A stretch of DNA of 64,000 nt from Myxococcota bacterium. Its GTDB lineage: Bacteria > Myxococcota_A > Polyangia > Polyangiales > Sandaracinaceae. Numbering within the stretch: the first letter of the stretch is position 1; each line of letters starts with the position of its first letter. A program made the translations under genes and the position numbers. This document shows positions 63,307 to 64,000 of this stretch, piece after piece. The DNA lies in assembly GCA_036149055.1 (NCBI GenBank), contig JAYZQJ010000182.1, forward strand, positions 48,703 through 112,702, written 5' to 3'. A model generated the notes under the pieces. That model saw nothing but the letters and a program-made list of their open reading frames with translations. It was not told where the DNA came from and did no database searches.

Positions 63307-63635
63307 GTCGCTGGCTGCTCCTCGCGATCCTCGCCGGCGGCTGCGGCAGCGTCACCTTCGAGAACCAGCTCCCCGGCGCCACCGTCGAGAACGCCCGGAT
63401 CCAGACCGACGACGGAGACGTGCTCTGGCTGACCACCGCCCCGGTGCTCCCCGGCGGCGCCCGCCGCGTCACCCCCGGCGCCGACGTCGAAGGCGAGACC
63501 GGCCGCCTGGTCTTCGAGCTCGTGGTCCGAGGCCGGCGCGCCGAGCTCGAGACCACCGAGGCGTTTCGCCTCGATGACGGCGCCCGCGTCGTCCTCGCGC
63601 CCGACACCCCGGTGCGCGCCCGGCTGCGAGACTGA
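63303..63635 (+). CDS. small hypothetical lipoprotein
   Basis: lipobox AGGC; ATGA overlap. Confidence 0.65.
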   Translation: MSRWLLLAILAGGCGSVTFENQLPGATVENARIQTDDGDVLWLTTAPVLPGGARRVTPGADVEGETGRLVFELVVRGRRAELETTEAFRLDDGARVVLAPDTPVRARLRD

Positions 63636-63656
63636 CCGCACGAGCTCGGCCGACGG

Positions 63657-63765
63657 AAAAAATGCGGCGGCCCTGGTGCTTGGGGGGGGTTGCACCAGGG
63701 CCGCCAGTCGCCGTGACGCGCGGGTATTGGGGGGGAGGGGCACCCGCGGGGTCGCCACGTCGCAT
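63657..63765 (-). ncRNA. candidate sigma54-dependent sRNA with C-rich loops
   Basis: promoter upstream; two stem-loops with poly-C loops; the last is a 14-bp stem followed by U6. Confidence 0.6.
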
Positions 63766-63775
63766 CTCTACCTGT

Positions 63776-63791
63776 AGCGAGAGCCGTGCCA
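63776..63791 (-). promoter_or_regulatory. sigma54 promoter driving the candidate sRNA
   Basis: TGGCACGGCTCTCGCT on the minus strand. Confidence 0.65.
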
Positions 63792-64000
63792 GCCCTCCCC
63801 ACCACGGATCCGGCGCTTTCTGGCGGGGACCCCGGTCCCCGGATCGCGGAGTTGCAAACCCGCGAGTTCAGATCCGAAACCGCTCAGGGCAGCGGGCGGC
63901 CAGGACGGCAAGCGACGAGCGAAGCGAAGTCGCCGCGCGGGGCGACACCGCCGGCGCCGGGCGCAGCGACGTCGGCGCCCGCGGGCCCCCCCCCCGCGGC

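Overview
Very GC-rich DNA from a myxobacterium. MYXO-CTERM, AgmX/PglI-C domains, an FHA-GAF sigma54 activator and many Cys-rich lipoproteins point to Myxococcota; a Polyangia/Sandaracinus-like placement is inference. About 55 real CDS are present, and most long ORFs in the supplied track are antisense or alternate-frame shadows. Housekeeping genes are nrdJ (with candidate NrdR boxes), lnt, bioA and acs. The most notable items are: (1) two distinct DUF692/MNIO loci about 4.6 kb apart, one next to a lipoprotein-anchored precursor with GEASCSGA repeats and one next to a TIGR04222-like membrane protein with an 8-Cys Gly/Ser tail; (2) a VgrG that stops before its beta-helix spike, convergent with an Ig-Ig-beta-helix protein that could supply the spike in trans; (3) a DNase I-like gene interrupted by a 112-bp four-hairpin insertion flanked by a 4-bp direct repeat; (4) a candidate sigma54-driven sRNA of about 110 nt with C-rich loops; (5) a radical SAM enzyme fused to a TM/Tat-like segment and a repeated tail; (6) REP-like repeats and many apparently leaderless promoters. 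All family calls come from reading motifs by eye; no database searches were run.
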